64,000 nt of DNA from the human T2T-CHM13v2.0 reference genome, Homo sapiens. A model generated the notes under the pieces. The model ran no database searches. It saw nothing but the letters and a program-made list of their open reading frames with translations, and was not told the origin of the DNA. The stretch lies in assembly GCF_009914755.1 (NCBI RefSeq), contig NC_060933.1. One strand, written 5' to 3'. Every line of letters begins with the position of its first letter. Within the stretch, counting starts at the first letter, position 1. Made by a program: the position numbers and the translations under genes. Below are positions 1 through 12,716 of the stretch, one piece after another.

Positions 1-2224
1 TTCACAGTTCCATGTGGCTGGGGAGGCCTCACAATCATGGCAGAAGGCAAAGAGGACCAAGTCACATCTTACATGGATGGCGGCAGGCAAAGAGAGAGCT
101 TGTGCAGAGGAACTCCTATTTTTAAAACCATCAGATCTTGTGAGACTCATTCACTATCATGAGAGCAGCACAGGAAAGACCCACCCCCATAATTCAGTCA
201 CCTCCTACCGGGTTCCTCCCACGACACGTGGGAATTGTGGGAGTTACAGTTTAAGATGAGATTTGGGTGGGGACACAGCCAAACCATATCATTCCCCTGC
301 TTGCCCCTCCCAAATCTCATGTCCTCACATTTCAAAACCAATCATGCCTTCTCACCAGTCACCCAAAGTCTTAACTCATTTCAGCATTAACTCAAAAGTC
401 CACAGTCCAACATCTCATCTGAGACAAGGCAAGTCCTTTCTGCCTATAAGCCTGTAAAATCAAAAGCAAGTTAGTTACTTCCTAGATACAAAGGGAGTAC
501 AGGCATTGGGTAAGTACAGCCATTCCAAGTGGCAGAAATTGGCCAAAACAAAGGGGCTATAGGCCCCATGCAGGGCAGTCAAATCTTAAAGTTCTAAAAT
601 GATCTCCTTTGACTCCACATCTTGTATCTGGGTCATGCCGATGCAAAAGGTGGGTTCCCATGGTCTTGGGCAGCTGCACCTTTGTGGCTCTGCAGGGTAC
701 AGGTGGCTCTGCAGGGTACAGCCTCCATCTTGGCTGCTTTCATGGGCTGGCATTGAGTGTCTGTGGCTTTTCCAGATGCACAGTGCGAGCTGTCAGTAGA
801 TCTGTCATTCTGGGGTCTGGAGGTGGCCCTCTCCTCACAGCTCCACTAGGCGACGCCTCAGTAGAGACTCTGTGTGGCGGCTCTGACCCCACATTTCCCT
901 TCCACGCTGCCCTAGCAGAGGTTCTCCATGAGGGCCCCACCCCTGCAGCAAACTTCTGCCTGGGCATCCAGGCATTTCCATACATCCTCTGAAATCTAGG
1001 TGGAGGTTCCCAAACCCCATTTCTTGACTTCTCTGTACCTGCAGGCTTAACACCATGTGGAAGCTGCCAAGGCTTGGGGCTTGTACCCTCTGAAGCCACA
1101 GCCCAAGCTCTACATTGGTCCCTTTCAGCCATGGCTGGAGCAGCTGAGATGCAGGGCACCAAGTCCCTAGGCTGCACAGAGCACGGGGATCCTGGGCCCT
1201 ACCCAGGAAACCATGTTTTCCTCCTACAATGGGAGGGGCTGCCATGAAGACCTCTGACATGCCCTGGAGACATTTTCCCCATTGTTTTGGGGATTAACAT
1301 TCGACTGCTTGTAACTTATGCAAATTTCTGCAGCTAGCTTGAATTTCTTCTCAAAAAATGGGATTTTCTTTTCTATCACATTGTCAGGCTACAAATTTTC
1401 CGAACTTTTGTGCTTTGCTTCCCTTATAAAACTGAATGCCTTTAATAGCACCCAAGTCACCTCTTGAATGTTTTGCTGCTTAGATATTTCTTTCACTGGG
1501 TACCCTAAATCATCTCTCTCAAGTTCAAAGTTCTACAGATCTCTAGGGCAGGGGCAAAATGCCACCAATCTCTTTGCTAAAACATAACAAGAGTCACTTT
1601 GCTCCAGTTCCCAACAGGTTCCTCATTTCCATCTGTGATCACCTCAGCCTGGACTTTATTGTTTGTGCCACTATCAGCATTTTGGTCAAAGCCATTCAAC
1701 CAGTCTCTAGGAAGTTCCAAACTTTCCCACATTTTCCTGACTTCTGAGCCCTCCAAACTGTTCCAACTCGTGCCTATTACCCAGTTCCAAAGTCACTTCC
1801 ACATTTTCAAGTATCTTTTCGGCAGCACCCCACTCTACTGGTACCAGTTTATTGTATTAATCTGTTTTCACACTGCTGATAAAGATATACCCGAGACTGG
1901 GCAAAAGAAAGAGGTTTAACTGGACTCACAGTTCCCCAGACCCACGTGGCTGGGGAGGCCTCACAATCATGGTGGAAGGCAAGGAGGAGCAAGTCACATC
2001 TTACGTGGATGGCAGCAGGCAAAAAGAGTGCTTGTGCAGAGAAACTCCCATTTTAAAAACCATCAGATCTCATGACACTCATTCACTATCATGAGAGCAG
2101 CACAGGAAAGACCTTCCCCCATAATTCAATCCCCCCCCCACCAGGTTCCTCCCACAACACACGGGAATTGTGGGAGTTACTATTCAAGATGAGATTTGGG
2201 TAAGGACACAGCCAAACCACATCA
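1..2224 (-). mobile_element. THE1 (MaLR) provirus: 3' LTR <1-291, internal 292-1852, 5' LTR 1853-2224
   Basis: two similar LTRs ending ...gccaaacca(t/c)atca, the complete one starting tgtatta; typical THE1-int sequence between them. Confidence 0.93.
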
Positions 2225-2720
2225 GGCCTGCAAAGCCAAAAAATTGGTAATTGAATTTACCCAGTTTGGCAAATGCCTTCAAAGTGAAAATCAGCTTTAG
2301 AGAGCTCAATTGACCTTTCTCTGTGCCTGTGTACTTATAACTTCTGTCCTAAATATTCCTGACTTTCTTACCAACTTGTGAATGTATTTAAGAGAATGTT
2401 TTAAAATGTTTGTCCAGTGTTTTTTGTTGTTTTTATCAGGAAGGTTAGTAAAGGTTCCTAGTCCTCTGTGTTGCTATAAACAGGAGAGTCTCTGTATTTT
2501 TATTTTTGTTTCTCTATTCCTAACTAGATTTTACTATTCTTGAGGGGAGTAATCTTGCTTTGGACTTCTTTTGCCTTCTCTGTAGTACAACACTCAGTGT
2601 TCAGTGGATACTCAGTTACACAGATAGACATGTAGCTAGAAAACACTTTTGAGGGTTTCCATTTTACATATTTCATGTCTATTATATTTTTTAACCTTCC
2701 CAGTTATTTGGCAAGGTAGG

Positions 2721-3016
2721 TTATTTATTTATTTAAGACAGGGTCTCACTCTGTCCCCCAGGCTGGAGTACAGTGGTGCAATTATGGCTCACTGTGGCCT
2801 CAACCTCCTGGGCTTAAGTGATCCTCCTGCCTCAGCCTTCCAAGTAGTGGAGACCACAGGTACACACCACTGTGCCTGGCTAAGTTTTTTATTTTTTGTA
2901 GAGATGGGGTCTTGCTTTGTTTCCTAGGCTGGTCTCAAACTCCTGGGCTCAAGTGATTCTCCTACCTTGGCCTCCCGAAGTGTTGGGATTACAGTCATGA
3001 GCCATCATGCCTGGCC
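2721..3016 (-). mobile_element. AluJ-like SINE
   Basis: antisense Alu dimer with (TTTA)n tail, highly diverged. Confidence 0.9.
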
Positions 3017-3444
3017 ATTATTATTACCTCCATTTTACTGATCAGTAAACTAAGACTTAGAGGAAGAATTTGGATACAAATCTGGTAATAACTAGGGGTA
3101 GAATTTAGATTTGTGACTATTGACTCATAATTCTGTGTCCTTTACAATGTGCCATTTTGCTATTTAATTAATGTCATTGATATTTGACATCTCCTGATTA
3201 CTTTATCTAGATATGAAAATTCCAGAGAAACCACTGGATTCATAATATCTTGATGAAATTATCTCTAAATCCTCACCTAAAATTTTTTTAGGTATTTACT
3301 TTGCTTAAGCTTTCATCAGTGACTTAAAACAATATATTGACTTCTGTTACAGAAAGCAGAAGAAAGAATTGGTCTTTTTTGCTGTTGCAGCATTGTGAAA
3401 TATTTTTGTTGTAAAATATAGGTAATTTTTGTCTTTTCCAACAG

Positions 3445-3593
3445 GTGTGTATGTAATATAGATTGCAGTGGATACAGTTTTAATCCTGTGTGTGCTTCTG
3501 ATGGGAGTTCCTATAACAATCCCTGTTTTGTTCGAGAAGCATCTTGTATAAAGCAAGAACAAATTGATATAAGGCATCTTGGTCATTGCACAG
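3445..3593 (+). CDS. TMEFF1: TMEFF1 internal coding exon (second follistatin/Kazal domain)
   Basis: ttttccaacag|G acceptor and CAG|gtaaaa donor; encodes CVCNIDCSGYSFNPVCASDGSSYNNPCFVREASCIKQEQIDIRHLGHCT (Kazal PVCxSDG..Y.NPC motif). Confidence 0.97.
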
Positions 3594-4769
3594 GTAAAAT
3601 CCATTTTATTTATTCAGAGACCCATCTTTATTATTGTATAAATGTAATCTTATTTGTACATTTGGTAGTGTTTCAAATTTGTAAAATGAGAAATCCTCGA
3701 AGCTTTATTTTTTTATTACTTTATATTTCAGATTTTTTATTACTAATTTAGTTTTTTTTCATTATTTTCATCTTCTCAAGACATAAACCATGCTTCTTGG
3801 TTTTTTATTTAGTTAGTTCTTGGTTGCTAGCTGATCCTAACATGGAATTATAATTATTATTTATAGTTCTAATATCATCTCAAATTTGGAATGATTATAG
3901 CTATTTAAGAGTTAGATAACTTATTTTAATTTCAGTAAAACTATGTTATTGCCATATATTTGTTAAACCTCTTTTTATAGAGCATAATAGTTTACTTTGT
4001 TTTTCCATTATCTGTATCATTTTCCCTGTACATATTATGTATGATACAGATTTTGGTGTGAAGTTAGAGAATGTAAGGAAAAATTATTGCCTTTAGCTTA
4101 AAATTCTTTTCACCCTTCTTGCTTTTTGTTATAGCTTAGAAACCATGATACCATATAAGAAAGAGTTTTTGTTTTCCACCCCTACTAGAAATATTCAGTC
4201 TCTAAAGCCAGAGTTCCCAATTTTCTTTCCCCAGTAATATTCAGATGAGTTGGGAAGATGGATTATTTCCTCAGTCACATATGTGGACCAGGCACACTCT
4301 CATGGACTAGGATTGTATATCTTTCTTGCTTACTGGTTCCCTTCTTCCTCCCTTTTTAGACTTATTAAAGGGATATTATGTTTTTATCTGAGCTAAAGGG
4401 AAAAGGTTGTAAGCCAAAATTTGGTACATTATATTGGTAACAAATTATTTGTGACACACTACACAATTGATTGCAGTACCTCTGGTCTAAACTACCAAAG
4501 AATACCCAGGAAGCTCATCAGACAATTTTTAGGTAGGAGTTGAGTGTGGGCATGATAGAGGACACCATTTACTGACAGGGACCCCTTCTGGGTAGATGTC
4601 CCACTTAGCCTTGATCTTGAAGAAGTATGGTCCCCCCACCCCAGTGGGGTGGCATTTAGAGCTTGAGTGGGAAGACTAGCTTAGAGAAGGACTATGTTCT
4701 CTGAGGAAAAGATGCATATTTGAATGATACTCTACTCTTTGGAATTTCAAGTTCAGAGCACCTGGTCAG

Positions 4770-5152
4770 TGTATTAGTTCATCCTCACGTTGCTAGAAAG
4801 AATTACCTGAGACTGGGTAATTTATAAAGAAAAGAGGTATAATTGGCTTACAGTTCCACAGGCTATACAGGAAGCATGGCTGAGGGCCTCAGGAAACACA
4901 ATCATGGTAGATGGCAAAGAGGAAGCAGGCACATCTTACATGGCCGGAAAAGGAGGAAGAGAGAACAAAGGGAGGTGTCATGCACTTTTGTAAACAACTA
5001 GGTCTTGTGAGAACTCACTCACTATTATGAGAACAGCGAGAGGGAAATCTGCCCCCCATGATCCAGTCACCTTCCACAAGGCCCCTTTTCCAACGTTGGG
5101 GATTACAATTAGACACGGCATTTGGGCAGGGACACAGAACCAAACCATATCA
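4770..5152 (-). mobile_element. MST-type (MSTA-like) MaLR solo LTR
   Basis: tgtattagt...caaaccatatca termini; 5-bp TSD gtcag/gtcaa. Confidence 0.88.
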
Positions 5153-5795
5153 GTCAAGTTTGAGAGTTTAATTGAAATGCATCCTTTAGAGTGATTGGGC
5201 CTTAAGTTTTGTCTTAGTCCCCTCTGTATTTTTTCATTCACAAACCTAACTATGTCTTTCGTTTGCCTCCTCCACTAGTACTGGGAAGCTTGTGCTTCTA
5301 AACACGTGGTTATGGCTCATTTATAGTCTTCCCAGTCCAGGTGCAGTTCTCAAATCAGGGGTCATTTTTTATAGTAAGTGTTTCATAACACAGCAGAGAT
5401 TCCCCATTTATCTTAATCTGATATTTCCAGGGTAACAGTGGTAGGAGAAGGTAAATCTTGAGGCAGTTGTCTTTTAGAGAAAGAAAGGTTTAACCCTTTC
5501 TTCTCAGAGTAGGTGTTGTTTTAGTTTGCATAGGAAAGAGTTTTTAAAGGAGGCGACATTGGAGCTGAAGTATAGATGAAATTGGCTATTCATCATGCAA
5601 AGAGCACTTATACCTAGGATGCCTAGAGGCCTAAGACAGAAATGACATAATTGATTTAGAGAATGGTAGACAACATGAGCAGGATAAGGGGGCAGAGGTT
5701 AAGAAGAAATTGGAATAATTTGGAATTATTGGGAGTATCATGATATGACTTAACCATTGTATATATTTTAATTTGAAAACCGTCTTCTCTTACAG

Positions 5796-5861
5796 ATACA
5801 GATGACACTAGTTTGTTGGGAAAGAAAGATGATGGACTACAATATCGACCAGATGTGAAAG
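5796..5861 (+). CDS. TMEFF1: TMEFF1 66-bp coding exon (linker)
   Basis: ttctcttacag| acceptor and AAG|gtactg donor; encodes DTDDTSLLGKKDDGLQYRPDVK; phase 1-1 fits the neighbouring exons. Confidence 0.95.
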
Positions 5862-6149
5862 GTACTGAATCATGCATCTCCAAATTTTGGCCAGCTATGG
5901 AAATACGGTCACTAGCTGTCCTTATTAGTTCTGTTTCCATTATAACAACACCTCTAACTTTGCTCTCTATAGTAATATACCTAACACAGTTAATTATTAG
6001 TATTAATAGTAACAGAAACAGCTGAAGTTCATCTCATTTTATAAGGTACTCTCATATGTGCTTTCTTTGATTAAAGTCTGTATTGAGATAATTTTAGATG
6101 TACATGCACTTGTAAGAAGTTATACAGAAAGATCTCTCAATATGTTTTA

Positions 6150-6535
6150 TAAAAATCCTCTTTACTCCTCTAGAATCTCCTGTTAACACTTGCCCGATGC
6201 CCAGGTCTTTGAACCTTGTTCCTTTGCCTGAAACTCTTTATTTCCTTTCCTGATTAATTCCTTCTTATCCTTTTAATCTTAGCTTGGAAGTCATTTTATT
6301 TTGGGAAATATCCCTTGAATCTGAAGTCTATATTAGATGCCTTTCCTGTATACTCCCCTCTCTGAACACTTAGCCCACTCTATTATAACTGCCTTTTTAT
6401 TCATCTGTAACCTCCTCTAGGCTATGAGTTCTGTGAGGAGAGGAGAACCTGTCTGTCATGTTCACTCTGTATCCCTAACCCTAGCCGAATATCTGGTACA
6501 TAAGTAGGTACTCTGTGCTTGTCTAAAGAGTGGAT
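6150..6535 (+). mobile_element. L2 3' fragment
   Basis: degenerate L2 tail (ctatgagttctgtgagg...tggtacataagtaggtactc). Confidence 0.6.
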
Positions 6536-7559
6536 GTGGCTCAAAGAAGCAGTAGGTTTTATTTACACAAGGTCTCATGTAGTAAAGGTTGGAGCAGAGG
6601 CTGGATTCCAGGTCCCTTGACTTCAAGGCCACTGCTCTTTTTGCTTGTTTTCACATCCATTATTTTGTTTGATTCTTATAACTGCTCTTTGATAGGTAAG
6701 GACCAATGGGAAGATTGAGGATCAATGAGGTTGTATCTGGTTAACTGAAACAGGTCTATATCTTTGGCCTTCTAGGCCAGGACCTCTATATAATTGCTGA
6801 ATTACAAGTGCATCATCTATCCATTTGTTTGGTTGCACCATTAAAAGATATGTGATCTATCTTTTATACCTAATTTCTAAACAATATGTAAAATGGGAGT
6901 GATAATAGTACCTGTTTCCTAGAGTTTCATAAAAACTAAATGAGATAATATATGTTAAGTGCTTTGAACAGTATCGGATATACTTGTAAGTGTTCAACAA
7001 ATGGTAGCTGTTATCATTGAGTAATTTGTTACTTCTCTTACTTGAATCATATGAAACCTGAGTTAGTTATAACCCATGAGCTGCTGAAATATGTCTCCTA
7101 TGTTGAAACAAAATGCTGTATTTAAAATAGAAAATTTCCTGTATTCTCGTAGGAGACAAAATAGGTCAGCTTCAGTTTTATTCACTATATTGATAGTACT
7201 TGACTAGAATAGGAAGGCCATTTTTCAGTATTTGGAAGCTCATACTTAGGGCAGTTTGGGGAATTGTGTGTTCTAAAGCACTTGTGTGCCATTGATAATG
7301 GATAATTTAGAGCCTAGGCCACTTTTGAGATACTGAAAATGTTTTACACATAAGAATTGATCTCTAATTTAAATGAAATTATCATAGTAGAAATAATTTA
7401 TTATGTACCTAATTTATACTGGTCATTTTACTGTTTGTAGTTAGGAAGATATCTAAAATATATGCATCTTTAAAGTTCTTGTGATGTAGTAAATGCAGAT
7501 AACCAACTTCTAACAAAGTAGAAATTGATTATTGCTATAAGTGTATACAGTTTAAAAGT

Positions 7560-10500
7560 GCAATGGGAATTCAGAAAAGTTGAGATTAATTTTTGGTGGG
7601 GAACAGTGGGAATCTGTGAAATGTCTTGGAAGAAGTGGAACTTGAGTGAACCATGAAGGACGAACAGGAGTCAGAAGGATATCTAAGGAGGATAGGAGAG
7701 CATGAGCATAGATATGCACACAATGTTATGACAGGATGTGTTGGAGAAAGGTAAGGAATCCTTTGGGCTGGAGAATAGGAGGCTTAAGAGGTAGAAGTAG
7801 AAGGCAAGACTAGAAAGACAGCTTGGGGCCAGATTGTGTAGAGTGTTGAATGCTATGCTACTCTAGGGAATTTAGACTTTATTTGTGGGCAGTGGGGAAT
7901 CATTAATATATTTGAAAAAAGCAAGGCTACAAAGTTAACCATTTGAAAGAATGATACCTGGCAGGAATATTGTGCATATTGTATACATTGGAATGGAGGC
8001 AGGGATATCAGTTAGGTAAAGTCAAAAGGAATAGACATCTTAGATATGAGAGATAGAGAGTTAAAAATGACTTAAGTCTTCAAGCTCAGATGACTTAGAT
8101 GATGAATTCTGTTCACAGAACTAAGGATATTAGGTAGGTAAAGGTGTTTGGAATAAAGTAAGGGAGGAGTTGATGGTGGAGATGATTGATTGTATTTTAG
8201 AGTTTGAGGTGCTTGTGGAACTCATCCAGGTCACTTTGTTCAGTATAAATTTGTGAGTCAGTCTTTGGATATAGAGGTGATAACTGAAGCCACAAGAATG
8301 AATGAGAGAGAGTATTGTCTGTTATAATAGCTACTGGCCACATGTAGCTATTTAAATTTAAATTAAAATGAAATCAGCTTGGACAACATGGTGAGACCTT
8401 GTCTCTAAACAAAATTAACCCGTGGTGGTGGTACGCGATGTGGTCGCAGCTGCTTGGGAGGCTGACGTGGGAGAATGGCTAGAGCCTAGGAGGTTGAGGC
8501 TGCAGTCAACTGAGATCGCACCACTACACTTAAGCCTGGGCGACAAAGCAAGACACTGTTTTGAAAAAAAAAAAAAAAAGCATTCTAGCCCTATTTCAGA
8601 TGTTCAATAGCCAGATATGACCAGTGACTACCATATGGGACAGCACAGATATAGAACATTTTCAGAGTTGAAGAAAGTTCTGTTGGATGCACTATTATTT
8701 AGAAAGGAGAGAAGGCCCAACTTGGGATGAAGCAGAAAGAGGACTGAGAGGAAGAAAATCAAGAAGAGTACACAGAAGCTACAAGGGAAAGGATGGCCAA
8801 TAGCTTAAAAAACTACAGAAAGGTATGAGAAGACAAGGACTAAACTATGCTTGAATTTGAAGGCAAGGGGATCATTGACAATCTTGGACCAAGTTTCTTC
8901 CATGAAGGATGAAAGACGAAACCCAAATTGTAAAAATGTTCTCATAGGAAATAGAGGTTAAAAGGTAACTCTATTTTTATTGTGTTTATTTTTACCTCAT
9001 TTACTTTTATTTATTTATTTATTTTGTTCTCACAGCATTTATAGGAGGCCCTTAGTAAATATCCACGTCTGCAACACACAGCCAAGATTGGGTAGGTAAG
9101 GCAGTGATCTGGGGATGGAGGCTACAAAATGAAAAGCAGGAACACAGCACCAGCAAGAAGCTGGAAAGATTGGAAGATAGTGCTCAGTAAGAAATGTCTT
9201 TTAAAACTTAGCTCTTAGAGAAGAGTGCTTGTGAAATGGAGCATTTGTATGTCTAGAATAGCTGCTGAATTAGAGCTTTTCTTGGGCTGTTGGAAAACCT
9301 GTGGTAAATATTGAAATTGGGGTGTTAGAAGCTCTGTTGTAGATGTTGAAGTCATAAAGGATATGATTGAGCATGAGTTGTATGGGAGATGGGTATGTGG
9401 CATTTAGAAAACATGTATCTATGATATGTAAACAGAATAGTATAATAAACCTCATATATCCAGTACCCACCTTCAGCAGCTGTCAGCATTGTCATTCTTT
9501 GTCTGTATACTTCCACCCGTGTGATTATCATTATTCTCATTTTATGGTTTTTAAAGGTGTAATTTATAGCACTGAAATGCACAAATCTTGACCAATGAAT
9601 ATACTTCACATATACCACATCTTATAATTGATACCATTTCCACCTGCACAGGAAGTTTCTCTGTGGTATATGACATTTTAATGTGACCATTTTGATTCAA
9701 AGATATGCTCATACAGCCTATAATCTAACTATACCACCCTTTTTATTATTATGAAGACATTCTCACTTTGTTCCTGAGCTCCACCTTGTCCCAACCCCCA
9801 CCCCATCTTTGGTCTCATCCTTGAGCCTCATTAGTCTCTCCTCCTGCAGCTGGCCAGGGATACCTGAGATAGCGAGATAGTGATATCATTTCCATTACTG
9901 GTGACTGTTTAGATATTTCAGTCCAGCTCTTTTGATATGTCCTTTTAAAAACGATTTTGACAAATATGCCTCATCAAAAGGAAAGACTGTGAGCCAAGCG
10001 CTAAGATCAATGAAGGAAATCAGAGAATGTCATGGAGCTTGGTGGAGAGTCATATAGAGGATGATTAGCAGGCTCCTAAGAGAGGAAGGTGCTGGGGAGC
10101 TGAGAGTGGAATGCTGGGCTGGAAGTGACAGTGGCGAGCACATCAGGGGAAAAGGGAAGGAAGGGAATCTAGGAAGTAATGTGGCCTTGGTACATCAGGA
10201 AGATGAAAGGAGTATTTTCTAAGGGAGTAGTTGAGGTAGATGAACCTATTCATGTTAGAAAAGGTGTTTCTCTGGGCACAGTGGGCAGGCTAGGAAAGGA
10301 GGAATCAGGGCTGGTGTGGAGGACAGTGGGGTTTAGAATTGGGAGAGTGGGAGGCATTGGAGTGCGGGTAGGAGTTTATATAGTGGAAGATAATTCCTTA
10401 ATGGAGTCCAAGCAGATGGTGGTTAGGGAAGGATGTGTGGAGGGATATGTTAGTGGCGAAGGCTGGGGAGGTGCAGGGTAGTATAGGGGAAGCAAGACAG
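7560..10500 (-). mobile_element. Long fragmented L2 remnant interrupted by younger insertions
   Basis: purine-rich L2-like tracts at 7560-8310, 8700-8970, 9210-9400 and 9950-10500. Confidence 0.5.
8314..8697. mobile_element. MER33/MER3-like hAT MITE with an old Alu fragment (8376-8580, +) inside
   Basis: gctactggccacatgtagctatttaaattt...gactaccatatgggacagcacagatatagaacattt; Alu fragment with A-tail. Confidence 0.7.
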
Positions 10501-10856
10501 AATATTTTGAATTTTTTAACTGTAGAGATTTATAGAAATAATGAGCCCTAGGGTTACTGATGCAGTGTTGATATAGTTGTGGCCTCAGTGGTTTACCTTC
10601 CAGATACATGTCTCCATTGCTAATAGCAACTCCTCATGCTTTATTTTGGTTGTACACTGTTGGACCAGGACAGATAGCCAGTGGAACAAGCCTTTGCAGA
10701 TAAGCCATCTGGTACTGGGTTTTTTCATAACATCATCCCTTAGAACCACAACTATCCTTTGTATTTGAAAACACTGCAGCTGGTGGTGGATTTGTTTCTG
10801 AATGCCTCTGTGGGTGAAAGGAGCCATTTGGTGACCAAGTATACTTTTTATATTGT

Positions 10857-10863
10857 ACACACA

Positions 10864-10905
<42 letters not shown>

Positions 10906-10906
10906 C
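10857..10906. repeat. (CA)n microsatellite
   Basis: about 24 CA units with two interruptions. Confidence 0.95.
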
Positions 10907-12556
10907 ATTGTTGCAGTTGCAACAGACTAGCAGTTGCAGTTGTTGTTCTTGGAGCCTGTCACCACTTAGCTAAGGGCTTGTTTAGGCAGGATCATTCTGT
11001 GCTCAGTTCTTACTGTGTGCAGGTGACATCTCTGCTGTTGTTTCTGAAACCATGTTATGTTACATCTTTTGAGGCTTTTTATCTTTCCTTTTTGAAGTTG
11101 GCTAATTTACTTGGCCTGGAGAGCAGGTGCTTGGCCATTCTGCTTTTTATCTGTTTCCTACACATCTCCTAGGATAGCTTGGAGAAATAATACTGTAATG
11201 GCTAAGAGCTTGCTCTCTGGAGTCAGACTTGGTCTATATCTAATAGCTGTGCGTGTTGATTTCTGTGAGCCTCACTGATCACATCTGTAATTAGGGACAG
11301 TAATATCTACTACCTAAGATCACTATGAATATTAAACACTATGTTACTGAGTTCATTATCAGTGTTATTATGGTTATTTTTAATACTTTTGTTTCCTAGT
11401 TTCATGTTGAGTAACCTGGCTGTGCTCAACAGTCTCACCATTGGTGAGTTAGTTATCTGTCTTGTTATTTAATATTATGGTTCATAAGTGACATCAGTAG
11501 GATATTCTTTCATTTAATAGTTATTAATTGAGTGCCCTACTATGTGCCAGGTGCTTTCACATATTTATGTTATTTAGTCCTCATAACAACCAAGTTTACC
11601 CTCATTTTGCAGATGAAGAAACTGAAGCTGCAGGAGTTTTGCCCATATAGAATGGCAGAACAGCGACTGGAATTCAGCCTTTCTGACCCTAAGTGCTGCT
11701 CCTTCCCTTTGTACCATGATTCTAGAATTCTTTTCTGCTTCCTTGCTTTCTTAATTACCTTCAGATATTTAATCCCCTCTGAGCTATTACTTTGGTGAAC
11801 CTTAACACTTGTTCTCGAGCCTGGATCTTTTTTCAAGCACTGGTTTCACATATTCAGTTGCCTGGTGGGTCCTTGTACTTACTTGTTTGTTTTGCCATTG
11901 CTTCAAACTTCTGGAACTACCATAGTGCCTGGAACGTAATAGATGCTTAAAAAATACTTTTTGAATGACTGGAGATCTAAACTTGATCTCAGCTTACTAC
12001 ATTTTCTCTTCGGAACCCCCATCATTAGGCTCACATTTGGAGTCATTTTTACATAATTCTGTATTACAAGCATCTTCAATAAAGAGGACAGTTTGGTTCT
12101 ACTAAACTCTTAAATGTGCGGGGTTAGTGCTGGGTACCACTCTTCAAGATAGTTGTAAATTGTTTGAGTAGGGGTGGGACTGGGGAAATCTGAGCTTAAA
12201 AATAAAGGATTGGTTAATAGAGGGGAGAGGGTAAACAGATGTGGGGAAGTCTACACCAAGTTGAAGCGAGGTTTCATTCAACATAAAGAAAATCTGATGG
12301 TATTAGAATAAACTGTATTATGAGTTCTGGAAGTGTTCAAGTAGACATAGGCTCTGAGAGTTATAAAACTAAAGAGATTCCTTTATCAAACCAGATGGCC
12401 TCCAAGGACCCTTCCAGATCTGAGTTTCTGAGCTCATTCACTTTCCAAAACATCTTCAAACCATTTTTATTTTTTCTGTGTGTCTAGTATCTACTCCTAT
12501 TGCTGAGATTTAGCTTAGCTTCTTGTTGCCACAAGTTTGGATTATGTACTAACCTT

Positions 12557-12716
12557 CTTATTTTTTTGAGACACAGTCTCGCTCTGTCACCTAGGCTGGA
12601 GTGCAGTGGTGCGATCTCAGCTCACTGCAACCTTCCACCTCCTGGGTTCAAGTGATTCTTGTGCCTCAGCCTCCTGAGTAGCTCGGCTTACAGGTGTGCA
12701 CCCCATTCCCAGTTAA
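12557..12716 (-). mobile_element. 5'-truncated Alu (right arm) with 19-bp TSD
   Basis: TGGATTATGTACTAACCTT at 12538-12556 and 12717-12735. Confidence 0.9.

Noticed and set aside
14-1919. Many overlapping 60-145 aa ORFs
   Set aside because: All lie within the THE1 LTR or internal sequence; degenerate MaLR remnants
3594-3751. Hydrophobic intron read-through extension suggesting an alternative TM anchor
   Set aside because: T-rich intron sequence yields hydrophobic codons by chance; no independent support
4636-4652. Inverted repeat CCACCCCA-G-TGGGGTGG
   Set aside because: An 8-bp stem with a 1-nt spacer is about chance level in 64 kb
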